A stretch of DNA of 64,000 nucleotides from Antedon mediterranea (GCF_964355755.1 NC_092678.1:22585365-22649364); one strand, 5' to 3'; positions 44,845-57,139 are shown, counted from the first letter of the stretch. The notes: generated from the sequence alone by a model not told the origin. Program-made: numbers and translations.

Positions 44845-46391
44845 TTATTCATCATCATCATCATAATCACCATGTTTTTCTTTAATTATTTTAGCCAATA
44901 TTTTCGGTATGTCCTCTCCTAGCACCTTCGTGTACTCCATCATTGCAGCAAATGGATCTGTTTTTTCCATATCCTTTAAGTGGCTCAGATTGGGAAGTTC
45001 AAAAGCATGATCATCAGAATCATCATCAGCAGCAGCAACAGCAGCAGCAAATTCTGACCGCATCTGCTTTACGCGACGCTTACCGGAGCCTACTAGCGTC
45101 TTTAATTGATTCCTCATATCATCCGTTAAGATAAAATCGCTATCATCATCAGGAAGTTTAATCGACCTCTTTGCTTTCCCCAAATCTTGATCTAACTGTT
45201 GAAGGGTGTCTTTAAACTTTATTATGTGTTCTTTTGTATCATCCGTTAAACCGCTATCACCGTTATCATTAGCAAAGCGTCTCAACGAATTCCTAAATTC
45301 CCAAATATTTTGGTTGCGCTGCTCCAGCAACTTTAACGAGTCTTTTAACTCTTCTATTGGTGGAAACCTTATCTTAATATTATCCTGAGCTTCATGTTAC
45401 ATACGTTTATCATTAGTTTCTGTTCTGTACTTATCAACCCCTTCTTCTTCTTCTTCTTTTTCACACGATAACCTATTATCCTGAGCTTCATGTATTATAT
45501 GTTTATCATTAGTTTCTGTTCTGTACTTATCAACCCCTTCATCTTCTTCTTCTTTTTCACACGATAACCTATTATCCTGAGCTTCATGTATCATACGTTT
45601 ATCATTAGTTTCTGTTTTGTACTTATCAACCCCTTCATCTTCTTCTTCTTTTTCACACGATAACCTATTATCCTGAGCTTCATGTATTATATGTTTATCA
45701 TTAGTTTCTGTTTTGTACTTATCAACCCCTTCATCTTCTTCTTCTTTTTCACACGATAACCTATTATCCTGAGCTTCATGTATCATACGTTTATCATTAG
45801 TTTCTGTTTTGTACTTATCAACCCCTTCATCTTCTTCTTCTTTTTCACACGATAACCTATTATCCTGAGCTTCATGTATTATATGTTTATCTTTCCCAGG
45901 ACATTCGTTCGCATAAATGACACCTAGAAGAACGACACTAATAGCAACGACCATTAAGGAATCTATATTTAAAAAAAAAAGCAGATAATAATGTGTATTT
46001 CTTTTCCTTTATTTATAAAAGCACAAAATACAATGCATAATTAATACAGAAGAAACTCTGGGAGATAAGAAAGTAATGAGAAAAGATTTCGTACAAACGT
46101 AACATATGATAAGCAGATTGCGTATTTAACCTAATCATTTTTACCTAGAAGTCTCTACATTTGTCCATGTCTAACCTAGACCATTTCGTTAGAACTTTCA
46201 CGTATATTTTTTATATTTCTTACTTTATTAACCCGCAGGTATTTGTTTTTCTTTGAGCTAGGCAACTGTAACTGCAAACCGAACACACGTATACGTACAC
46301 GTCAAGTTGAATAAATTGAATAGGTGTACGACTACCATACACAACATGAATTAGTAATTTTAAAAACATAATTACCTGATTCTTTCTTCAT
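44845..46391 (-). pseudogene. Gene B: secreted 32-aa-repeat protein with an acidic helical C-terminus, interrupted by one in-frame TAA
   Basis: Probable exon 1 at 46391-46376 (MKKES) splices in phase 1 to 45962-44845. Signal peptide SLMVVAISVVLLGVIYA. ORFs 45397-45954 and 44845-45330 are in the same frame, separated by TAA at 45399-45397 where other repeat copies have ATA. Confidence 0.7.
45379..45893 (-). repeat. Coding tandem repeat, about 5.4 x 96 bp (32 aa)
   Basis: DK(H/R)(I/M)IHEAQDNRLSCEKEEEDEGVDKY(K/R)TETN, with HI and RM variants alternating. Confidence 0.95.
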
Positions 46392-47170
46392 TTTTAAGCC
46401 TCGGCTCACACACGACGTTGGAAAGAGAAGTCTATTTCTATTGATTTCGGTTGATGCAGTTGTTATATTGAATTACTGAAGGTCATAATCGACACCATGT
46501 CAGAATAACAATAATAATAATAATAATAATGACAATAGGGTGGATATATACATTTGTGGACGTTGAAATGTACGTGACATAAACGCGATTAGAACTTCAT
46601 ATTCATAAAACAATATGCTGTGTTATATAGGAAAACTATTAAGGGGAAAAACCAAAACAAAATTAGAATTGAGAATCTTTTTTTATATAAGGACAAGCTA
46701 AATTGTTAAAACAAAAGCATATTATATAATAATAGTCCCAACCTGAACTCATACGGTGTTCAACAATCTTATTAATTGAAACCCTTAAAAACCTTATAAT
46801 TAGAATGAGGCCTACTTTTATACGGCATGCGTGTATATTCAAATATACTATAGCTCACTATGTCGGTTGGTTGGTTGGTCGATCGGTCGGTCGGTAAACA
46901 CTAGGGACTTTACGAAATACGACGGGAAGCCACAGGACGGTGCTCATAAATAAATTATGCATGAGCTTTAACAAAGTGGGCGGAGCTTAGCGTTAAATTT
47001 CGTCGTCTTAAATTTTTTAGGACGATAAAGTTAAGTTGCCATTTTCCGGAGAATGAATAGAAATAATGTACTATAACCTTAAATATACAGTTCAAATTCT
47101 AATTTAATTTTTTTAACGATATTACTATGTAGTAAAACCTCCAGCTTATGTAGAAACGCCAACAGCTTAT

Positions 47171-50100
47171 TAGTCCAGTAAAGATTAATCAAAAATAGGG
47201 TGAACCTAGAACAAATTGCAACAGAACTTTTTTTTTGTCTGGTAAATATGGTTCAAATGAACATTATATCCCAAAGTTGACCAAAATCGGACATCGGGAA
47301 GTGGGTTAATTAGCATAAATTCAAAATGGCCGCCATTTGCTTTTATGAAGCCCCATATCTCATTAACGGTTGGATTTAGACCACCTAAGTGCATTACGAG
47401 TGGATATAAATGTGATAATAAACATTCTAATTAGCATATTCACATTTGACGTACCTAAGACGTCATATGGTAGTTGTGACGTCATATATCATGTTATAAC
47501 TGCTTAAATGACATTATACTATGTGAACAATTTAGGAACTAAAGGAAAACATGTTTCTTAACATTCTCCTTGTTGAAATGAACATCATTTTCAAAGTTTA
47601 CCAAAATCGGACGTCAGGAAGTGGCTTAATTAGCATAAATTCACAATGGCCGCTATAGTCCAGATCCCTATGTCAAAAAAAGTGCCTTCGTGTGCAGATC
47701 ATGGGGAAAGTGTAAACATTGTGTTTTATGAATATTTGAATCATGCTGGTTATAAAAACCCATGTTGTCAAATTTCTAAAATTCATCTTTGACCTCTGAC
47801 CTCAATTTGAATGTTTTGACCCATTGAAAACAAAATGATCATATCTTTGCAACGCTAAGATTAAATTAAATAATTTTAGTGTCAAATTATTTGGGAGATG
47901 CATATTAATATTCGTTCTAATGGAAAAGTTTGTCGAAAAATGGCTGGAAGTATGATTTTTGGCATATTTGACCTTTGACCTACATATCATATAACTCCGT
48001 AACTAATAGTTGGACAAACTTTAAATAGGGCTCAAATTAATCTGAAGGTATATGTTTCTATTCAGTCTAATAAGAACTTTTACAAGAAAATGACCCGAAA
48101 TATTTTTATTGACCTTTGACCTGTACTGGTAGTACATATTTCTATAATCTCAAAAAACTATTGGCCGTAAAATGGTTGTTTTTGTGAAATGGTTCGAACA
48201 ATTTACATTTATATGTTGTATAATAACAACATTTTATAGAAATGTAAAAGAATTCTATTTATGATCACTAACTTTATAATTTATTAACATCACTAGCATT
48301 TGTTATAATATTAAAATGTGTTATATTTGCTGATTTTAAGCACTTCACATGAATTTATCAGAATTATGTGTATTTAATATAAAGTTGTTTTTTTTTATAT
48401 ATAAAGAAAATTTAATTGTCTATCAATTAAGACTATTTTCAAATTATTATGGCTAAAACTTAATTAGATACAGGCAAAAAAGTGTATTTTTACTTGTGTG
48501 AACAGCGCCCTCAATCTTAATTTTTTCCCAAAAAATACCACATTTTTATGTGTTTTCCTGAACTAAACAGGTTATAACTTTGTTTTAAAGACTTTTTACA
48601 GTAACCTGTAATTTACATACCTCTTTTATAACGTACTAGGTCAGTTTCTGAAAAAATTGAGAAAAATATTCCGATAGCTTGATATTTTTGTTGAGGTTAT
48701 TACATGATACACACAAAAAAAAAATTTTAATTTTGAGCTAAAAGTCCATCTTTTTGGTTTAATAAAAGCTATCTAGCAGATATTAATACACAAAATTCAT
48801 ATTTTATTGGATAGATATTATGGTTATCTTTCCAATAAAATATGCTGTTTGTGTAAGAATGGCTGTACAAGATTGTTTGTACTGGACCAAAAAGATGGAT
48901 TTTTAGCACAAAAATGTGGTATTTTTTGGGAAAAAATGAAGATTGAGGGCGCTGTTCACACAAGTAAAAATACACTTTTTTGCCTGTATCTAATTAAGTT
49001 TTAGCCATAATAATTTGAAAATAGTCTTATTTGATAGACAATTAAATTTTCTTTATAAATAAAAAAAAACAACTTTATATTAAATACACATAATTCTGAT
49101 AAATTCATGTGAAGTGCTTAAAATCAGCAAATATAACACATTTTAATATTATAACAAATGCTAGTGATGTTAATAAATTATAAAGTTAGTGATCATAAAT
49201 AGAATTCTTTTACATTTCTATAAAATGTTGTTATTATACAACATATAAATGTAAATTGTTCGAACCATTTCACAAAAACAACCATTTTACGGCCAATAGT
49301 TTTTGAGATTATAGAAATATGTACTACCAGTACAGGTCAAAGGTCAATAAAAATATTTCGGGTCATTTTCTTGTAAAAGTTCTTATTAGACTGAATAGAA
49401 ACATATACCTTCAGATTAATTTGAGCCCTATTTAAAGTTTGTCCAACTATTAGTTACGGAGTTATATGATATGTAGGTCAAAGGTCAAATATGCCAAAAA
49501 TCATACTTCCAGCCATTTTTTGACAAACTTTTCCATTAGAACGAATATTAATATGCATCTCCCAAATAATTTGACACTAAAATTATTTCATTTAATCTAA
49601 GCGTTGCAAAGATATGATCATTTTGTTTTAAATGGGTCAAAACATTCAAATTGAGGTCAGAGGTCAAAGATGAATTTTAGAAATTTGACAACATGGGTTT
49701 TTATAACCAGCATGATTGAAATATTCATAAAACACAATGTTTACACTTTCCCCATGATCTGCACACGAAAATACATAGGGATCTGGACTACTATTTTCAT
49801 ACCATTTTGAAGCTCCGTATCTCCTTAACGGTTGATTTTAGACCACCTAAGTGCATTGCGAGTAGATATAAATGTGATATTAAACTTTCCAATTAGCATA
49901 TTTAAATTACCATATAATGTACCTATGATGTCATAAGATAGTTATGACGTCATATGATGTCACAATAATGCTCAATTGCCATTATTCCAAGGGAAAAATA
50001 TAGAAACCGTAGGAAAGTAGTAGTAGAACATTTAACACATTCAGGTTAAGATCATGGGTATCTGAAGTTATTTGACCACCCTTCACAACATACACTGCAA

Positions 50101-51090
50101 CATTCCATTTTCTGTAACTGCATCTATTTATAACTGCAATCTCATATATATTTAAAGAAAAGAGATTCTTAAGTCTGTAATGAGTCTGTGGTTTAATAAT
50201 TCGACCCCATAATATGGAGTTGGATCAGAGTTTCCTATCCAAAGTACATACATAGAAAATGTAATAGTTGGTGCCGTCAAAATACTTCCACCATACTTTC
50301 TATAACTACCGATTATTCCACTACTGCTTGCTTCTTCTGTCTTAAAACGCAATTTTTTTTTTATGATGGCAAAGTAAAAGATTTAATAAATCTGCATTCA
50401 AAGTTTGTATTCCATTTTTTGACATTTTCTGTAAAAGAAGTTGAATACTGCTTGTTGTCAAAAAATTAAATACTGTAATTAGTAGTGGCAAGTTTGAAAA
50501 TTACTTTATAACCTTAACAACCCCTTTTGAATTCCGTTGATGTGTTAAGCAGTATCTTTAAATTCTGTCATAAAAAGTTGTTGGCTAATAAATGATCGAC
50601 ACCAACCAGATCCAATTTCTGGCAATGAAATAGTAACTTTAAAAGAAGAATGGAGATGCTGACTATACCGAAACTGCAGTATGACATTTATCAATGTGTC
50701 ATCTCAATTTTGGATGGGAAACTGTGATAAACCCAGTTGGGGAATTGAGATGTGTTTGTGGGATGGGTTTGAATAACCTGACCCACAGACAATGGCCTCG
50801 TTACAATATTTTTTTATTTAAAGAGATGAAGTTCTAAAAGATGCAGTTGTAGGAAACACAAAACAAGATGTGTGCAAATCAGTTGTGGAAATACAGTTGA
50901 TGATCACAACCTTTCATAACTGTTCTGTAGAATTACTATTTTCAAGAGATTTTGTAAATAAGACAATGATAAATTTCAATGGGTTTTAGATTTTCCCTAT
51001 AGGATATGTCATTTAAACAGTATTGTGACATTTTATGACATCACATTTACCATATGGTGTCATAGGTACGTCATATGATAATTTAAATGC
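47171..51090. mobile_element. Older DNA transposon with TAGTCCAG terminus, subterminal repeats and a decayed transposase-like remnant (Academ-like)
   Basis: Starts TAGTCCAG. A repeat unit occurs at about 47270-47520 and again at 47600-47655 + 49794-49985, with a partial inverted copy at about 51005-51078. Broken + strand peptides NFGW (50706) and SKRCSCRKHKTRCVQISCGN (50833) resemble a Cys-rich transposase C-terminus. Confidence 0.45.
47656..49790. mobile_element. Foldback non-autonomous DNA transposon with about 890-bp TIRs and a 3-bp TSD (Academ-like)
   Basis: Arms 47656-48547 and 48910-49790 are near-perfect reverse complements. Termini TAGTCCAGATCC...GGATCTGGACTA; CTA at 47653-47655 and 49791-49793. 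Removing the element restores the host repeat. Confidence 0.85.
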
Positions 51091-51166
51091 CGTATATCCA
51101 GGATCTGTCAAGGGGTGGGAGGGAGTGGTTCGGACACTAAGTACTGGGTCACATTTGGCCCTAGTG

Positions 51167-52677
51167 GCCCGGGCGCGATATTTCTTTTCGTACATAAGTT
51201 GGGGACCCCTCGTGAAACGTCACAAAATAAACATAAATATTCATTAGTCATATCCATAAGGTCTGACGTAAGAATTGAGCTAACTACAATTCGCTAATGC
51301 AAACGATTTCTGTCGAGCCGTCTGTGTAGTCGAGTGAATACGACTATGAACTTTACATGTCGATGTATGGGGTTCGAATCACATGAGCTACTTCTTTTAC
51401 TTTATAGTGAGAGAGAGATTATTTAGAGGGTTAGATTTAGCTATATTTAGGAAGTAGTTCGGCTATCTTTCACATGGGGTCCCCAACTTATGTACGTACA
51501 TAAGTTGGGGACCCCCTCATGAAACGTCACAAAATAAACATGAATAATTCATCAGTTAAATTTTCTTGTTCCGTGTGCACCCAAAGCGTATAGCAACAAG
51601 AAGTGATTACACAAGTGCGGTACGATTCTAGGCCTATCTCCGCTGTGGTTGCCGCGTGCGATTTCATAATAGAATAGCGGAGTTTTGTGTGGATTGTCGA
51701 AATAATCAGCCTTTAGTTTATGGTGTTTTTAATATAGTTTATTACTAAAGAATTACGTGTTAAAATTATAGGTTTTATTGATACTATTAGGCCTAATTAC
51801 TAGTCTCTAAACCCCTGTATATTCTAGTAGTAGCTGTGTGGGTACGGTGTGTGTGACTTGTGTCTTTAGCCTCGACACATTTTGCATAGTGGACGTGTGT
51901 GTGAAGAAGAGTGCGCGAAGGCAATCACGTGAATTGACCTAGAATCCTAGGCCTATTATTGTAGAAAGAATCGTATCGCAGTTGTTGTTCCGTGTGCACC
52001 CAAGCGTTCTTGGACATAGCCCAAAGAAAGCTTAGACCCACAAGAATAAAGAATGTGTATAATTTGTGTACTGTATTTTTTTAATTCTGCTATCAATTAT
52101 CAAACAATATGCAATGTACTCAAAGGAACTTTAAAAATGCGCGTATATGAACACATGAGATGGGAAGATTTGACCCACGAGAATAAAAAATGTATTTTTG
52201 TGTAATGTTTATTGTTTAATTTTGCTGACTTATTACTCGGATTGTGTCATACCAAAGATAGTGTAACTATTACCAAAGATAGTGTAACTATCTTTGGTCA
52301 TACCTAACACACACACACGTCACACACATCCACACAGCTACTACTAGAATAGACATGGGTTTAGAGACTAATAATTAGGCCTAATAGTATTAATAGAAAC
52401 TATAATTTTAACACGTAATTCTTTAGTAATAAATTATATTAAAAACACCATAAACTAAAGGCCGATTATTTCGACAATCCACACAAAACGCCGCTATTCT
52501 TCAACAGCGGAGATAGGCCTAGAATCGTACCGCACTTGTGTAATCACTTCTTGTTTCTATACGCTTGGGTGCACACGGAACAAGAAAATTTAACTGATGA
52601 ATTATTCATGTTTATTTTGTGACGTTTCATGAGGGGGTCCCCAACTTATGTACGAAAAAAAAAATCGCGGCCCGGGC
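51167..52677. mobile_element. Composite of two MITEs of one TIR family fused end to end
   Basis: Core GTACATAAGTTGGGGACCCC occurs four times (about 51191+, 51495-, 51496+, 52653-). Outer ends GCCCGGG-CGCGA and TCGCGGCCCGGGC. The second unit has about 350-bp inverted arms (51496-51865 and 52305-52653). Confidence 0.75.
52253..52296. mobile_element. 44-bp P-element-like hairpin with 7-bp TSD
   Basis: CAAAGATAGT...ACTATCTTTG with a 21-bp internal duplication, flanked by GTCATAC (52246-52252 and 52297-52303). Confidence 0.65.
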
Positions 52678-53571
52678 AACACCCTTAATTTCACACTAAA
52701 TGTTTCTGCCACTAAATTAAAATTGAGTCCCATTTCATCGTATACAATATCCATCCGGACTCGGAACTTGATAGGCTTAGTCATAAAGTAGTTACAGAGT
52801 TGCAGGGCATTTTATGGTCACAAAGAAGTAATTTGCTAGCGCCAACGAATTTAACGTCCTTCACAACCAAAATATTTCTTTGTAACAAAATTTATTTTAA
52901 ATGGAATGCTACAAAAATAATCCTCCGCTTCATCACTGAATGAATACCTAATAACCAGACAAAAACGAATCTTTGTTACGTTTTACTATCAATTCATTTT
53001 CATATCACGCAATACATTTTTCAACAATATAGTAGTATAATAACATTTTGATTGAATAGTGAGGGATTAGTTACAGTGTTGACTTTGAATAAACCATTGG
53101 TAATTTACTGAAAATCCAAAATGAACTTGTGTTATATACAAATAAAATTATTCAATCAAAGAAACGCTCTACTACACATGAGAAATAGATGTCGGTCGAT
53201 AAACTTCTGATGACGACTAAAACAACGACAATCAGCTAAATGTATTCGTGATTTTATTTCATCTCTGGCTTGTTACATTATCATGACACATTACCGGACT
53301 TCCCCCTCCTCACGCCATGAACGGCAGTACAGATCTTCCCTATAGGCTCGTGTATGTAACCTACTACGTCATTCACACGCATAGCAGTTTTACTGGCATC
53401 ATCACAGATTACCTCTCATGGATCAAGCATTCACACATGAATTCAAAAATTCATCGACAAACGAAATATAGCCTATATTCATTCCTTTTAAATATTAGGC
53501 ATATAACCAAGGCTAATAATCGATTTGTCCATAATTATTGCGTTTTCCATTCCATAATCCAAGGCCAATTT

Positions 53572-53747
53572 TTGGTCCTTAGGAGAGGTGGCCGCTCACG
53601 AGAGGTGGTCGATTATGAGAAGTGGTCCCTTATGAGAGGAGGTGATCCCTTACGAGAGGTGGTCGATTATTAGAAGCGGTCCCTCAACAGAGATGGTTGC
53701 TTACGATGTGTGGTCGTTTTAGAAAGTTGGTTGCTTACGAGAGGTGG
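53572..53747 (+). repeat. Degenerate 16-17 bp tandem repeat (MITE subterminal type)
   Basis: About ten GAGAGGTGGTCGCTTAC-like units. Confidence 0.75.
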
Positions 53748-53819
53748 AAAGACTGATAGCTAAGTAAAGATAGATGCATTTGCACATGAATGAGACATTT
53801 TTGTAAAATATATAACATT

Positions 53820-54046
53820 TTCTACATTAGCTGGTGATAGTAACTACATAAGCTGGGAGGCAATTTTCGTTACTACATAAGCTGTTGTTGACTGTTTCTA
53901 CATTAGCTGGTGTTGATTTTTATTTACTACATAATCTGTTGGTGTTTCTACATAAGCTGGAGGTTTTACTACATAAGCGGTGGGTTGTTCTACATTAACG
54001 GTTGTTTCGACATTAGCTGGCGTTTTCTACATTAACGGTTGTAACA
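53820..54046 (+). repeat. Degenerate CTACAT(T/A)AGCTGG repeats ending in TGTAACA (transposon end)
   Basis: About ten copies of the motif with variable spacers. Confidence 0.7.
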
Positions 54047-54286
54047 CGCCACGCCGCGAGACAGGGGAGGGAGAGAGATACTGCCGGTCGTAGTCGTCTT
54101 CGCGCAAGCCGGGTGCGTAACTAATAAAACGGCTATGTCGACTGTTTATAATTTTACGCTAAATTTTTGAGTTAGTAAATTTCAAAAAGAAAGCACCGTT
54201 ATAAAATGACTGATTTTTTGACTGAATATCCTGCAATAACGGTTAATTTAACAAAATATGTTATAGTGATATTACAGTAACTAATA

Positions 54287-54750
54287 ATTTTTATTAGGAC
54301 TCGCTCATCTTCTCCTCTTCTTCTTCTTCCATCTGGACACTATTGAGCCAACATGGCATGCATATACTCTATAGGGTAATAGGTAACAAGGCTATAAGAG
54401 AGAAAATGTTCGTATTTCAACCGGATGCAGAACGTCATGACGTCATAAACATGGTACCAATCGCAAAAAGTGCGATTTATAAAGTACTATTCCTCCCTTA
54501 TTCGTTGTAGTATTGAGCTGGGATTTGGCATGGGTATACTACAGGGACATGTCCTCAAAGCTATAGAGCCGGATTTTTTAATTTCATGCAGCCATATGAC
54601 GTCTCGAAGATGGTACCTTGGTGCCAAACGATTTTCGTCGTAATATAGCCGTGTTTGGTGTCATTTCAAAGGTCTTGGAGAATAAGAATATATACAGTAA
54701 AACCTATTTATGTGACGTCACTTCTGCTCCCGGAAATAGCAAAATAATTA
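54287..54750 (+). mobile_element. Helentron/HINE-like non-autonomous fragment
   Basis: A T-run start TTTTTATTAGGACTCG is followed by a (CTT)n microsatellite and internally repeated GGCATG...ATACT...AGCTATA...GACGTC..ATGGTACC units. Related sequence resumes near 55340. Confidence 0.4.
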
Positions 54751-56464
54751 ATAATTTACCGTAATTAGACAACGTGTGAAGTCTAACATTATTGAATGAT
54801 TTTTATATTTTATATTGTATGTAATTTGGTTTAGTTATCTTACTGTTTTCTTTATCCTTTTTGTTGATAAATTCTGTTTACAGTCATCGAATAATTCACT
54901 ATTACAGCTGAAATAATCTAGTCTATGCTTTCCTCCTGTTTATTGATGTCCCTAATTTGGGTTCCTATTGTTCCTTTTTATTTGCTGGTAAACACTGTGT
55001 ATCAAGAATGTGTATATCTTAACATAGATTCTAAGTACTGTATATTGTATACTAATTCAATTGTTCATATACTAATTGATATGCTAATTTAGTGTCCAAG
55101 GTTATATATGTGGGTTGCATTTAATTGGTATTACAGTTTATTTTTAATTTGGTTTTATCGAATTTCCGTTTTATTTGAGTATTATCTGTTTTAATCTAGT
55201 CTACCTTTATTTTTATACTCATATATTTCATATTGTATGTTTAATTGTTTTAAGGATGCACCATTATTATGTGTGCCGCTGTTCAAAAAGCGTTTTCCGA
55301 ATAAATTATTATTATTAGTGTTATTATTATTATTATTATGCCATTTCCGGTTATGTGACGTAACTTTTCGGAATATAGCCGTATTTGGTAGCGATGTTAT
55401 TGATGTGTATCACAGTATCACAGTATTTATTGATACTCACTTTCGAATCAGTGGCACACACCTTTCGGTGGTGCGTCCATACAAATATAAACAACAACAT
55501 ATAAAAGGTAAATGATGATAAAACTTACATAATTAACTTACATTGAAAAAAAAAAACAAAAAAACAAATGTACAGTAGTAATTGCACACTTGAATAGATA
55601 CTTAAAAGCAATTGTATAATGAGCAAATCAATGTATCGATGCAATAGGTCAGTAGTAAATACACATTAGGGCCTACTTACAAATGTGACATTACATCCCG
55701 TCTTATGACGTCATTACAGCTTCTTTTGTTGTACCCGGAGTATCGCACATTCCTGCTTGCATACTGTGGCTTGCGTCAAAGAAAAATTGCGCACGTGCGC
55801 TAGTAGGCCTACATTGTAAGGTTCGATTGATTGATTTTGGAACAAACATCCCATAAATACGTCTTATTAATAACAGTTATGTAATATTTTGAATTCATTA
55901 TGTTTGCTTTGATGACTAAATAAAATAATAAAGTGTCGTGGATATATATGTTAATATACTGAAAAGGAAATGATCACAAATGAAATGTCTCTGAAATTTG
56001 CGGTGCAGTTTGTGTCAAAACGCAGAGCCATAATATGAAAGGGGTGAATTTGTGTTATATGACGTGTTGTGTATTGGCTCATGTTGTTTATCCAAACTTG
56101 CATGTAGCATTTATTTATTTTTTTTTATAAAAAAATATATAGGCTACCGAATCAAGACCATTAATAAAATAAAAACGGAACCATAAGCGTTATTTAATAT
56201 TAGACACAAAAATCTAAAAATAATTCAAGAACTACAGGAAAACGCTATACAAATTAAACGCGCATGCACTTTGACACAAAAATGGTTCCTAATCATTTAA
56301 TTCAATGTCGTAACTCTTTATAATAATTGCGCGCGTTATGGTAACCACGACTAGTTACAGTCAGTTGTTCGACATACACTCACTCACTCATTCCCCTTGC
56401 GCAACTAGTTCCTTTCAGTTGAGTCGAGTTGGGTTAAGTTCCATCCATGACGACATTAGAACAC

Positions 56465-56840
56465 TTTTAATTAATATGTTAAACAAGCTAAATAAATTAG
56501 AAAGATTGTTATGGTACAGTACGCCCATTCGTCGTTTATCAATTCACCTACAACTATAAAATAGTATTGCGTGCTCACTTTACAATAAACACCATCACCT
56601 TAATCAATCCTTTTGTACTTGTCTGCAATGCCGCAGGTCATACATTACATCCCCATTATAACTAACTGTATGAGGCTTTATTCCAATAAAAGCAAATTTA
56701 TTTTCTAAAAATACAGTTTTTATTTCCGTTACACGCCTTTGCGACGTGGTGTTGTATGCGCTTTGATGAAATATTATAATACCTAATTATAGTTCGACGT
56801 CAAAAACGGTACTGGTTTTCAACAGCAAACTATCATACAA
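56465..56840. repeat. Segmental-duplication block, copy 3 of 3 (3' of gene C)
   Basis: Close match to 43215-43660. Confidence 0.85.
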
Positions 56841-57139
56841 GAAAAGGAATCCAAATAGTGTCTTACTTCTAGTACACATTTAGTCTGAGGACTACATTTT
56901 CTTTCAAGATTACGTGCCTATGTAATTTACTATTGTTTAGTTTAACAGTTCCTTTTTGAGAATTTTAATAAACAATTGATATAAGCTGTCACGTATTAAT
57001 ATCGTCATTAACGTTCCATATGATTGTTAGATATATTACTTACCTTTCCCATTATGGACTCCAACAATTGCTCTTTAAATGTGTTGAAATAATTGTGTAG
57101 AAATGGTGTATCTCCACATACTATCTATTTCCAAAGTAT

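Noticed and set aside
51315-51390. Functional tRNA gene
   Set aside because: A- and B-box-like motifs only; acceptor and anticodon stems do not pair, and it lies inside a MITE.
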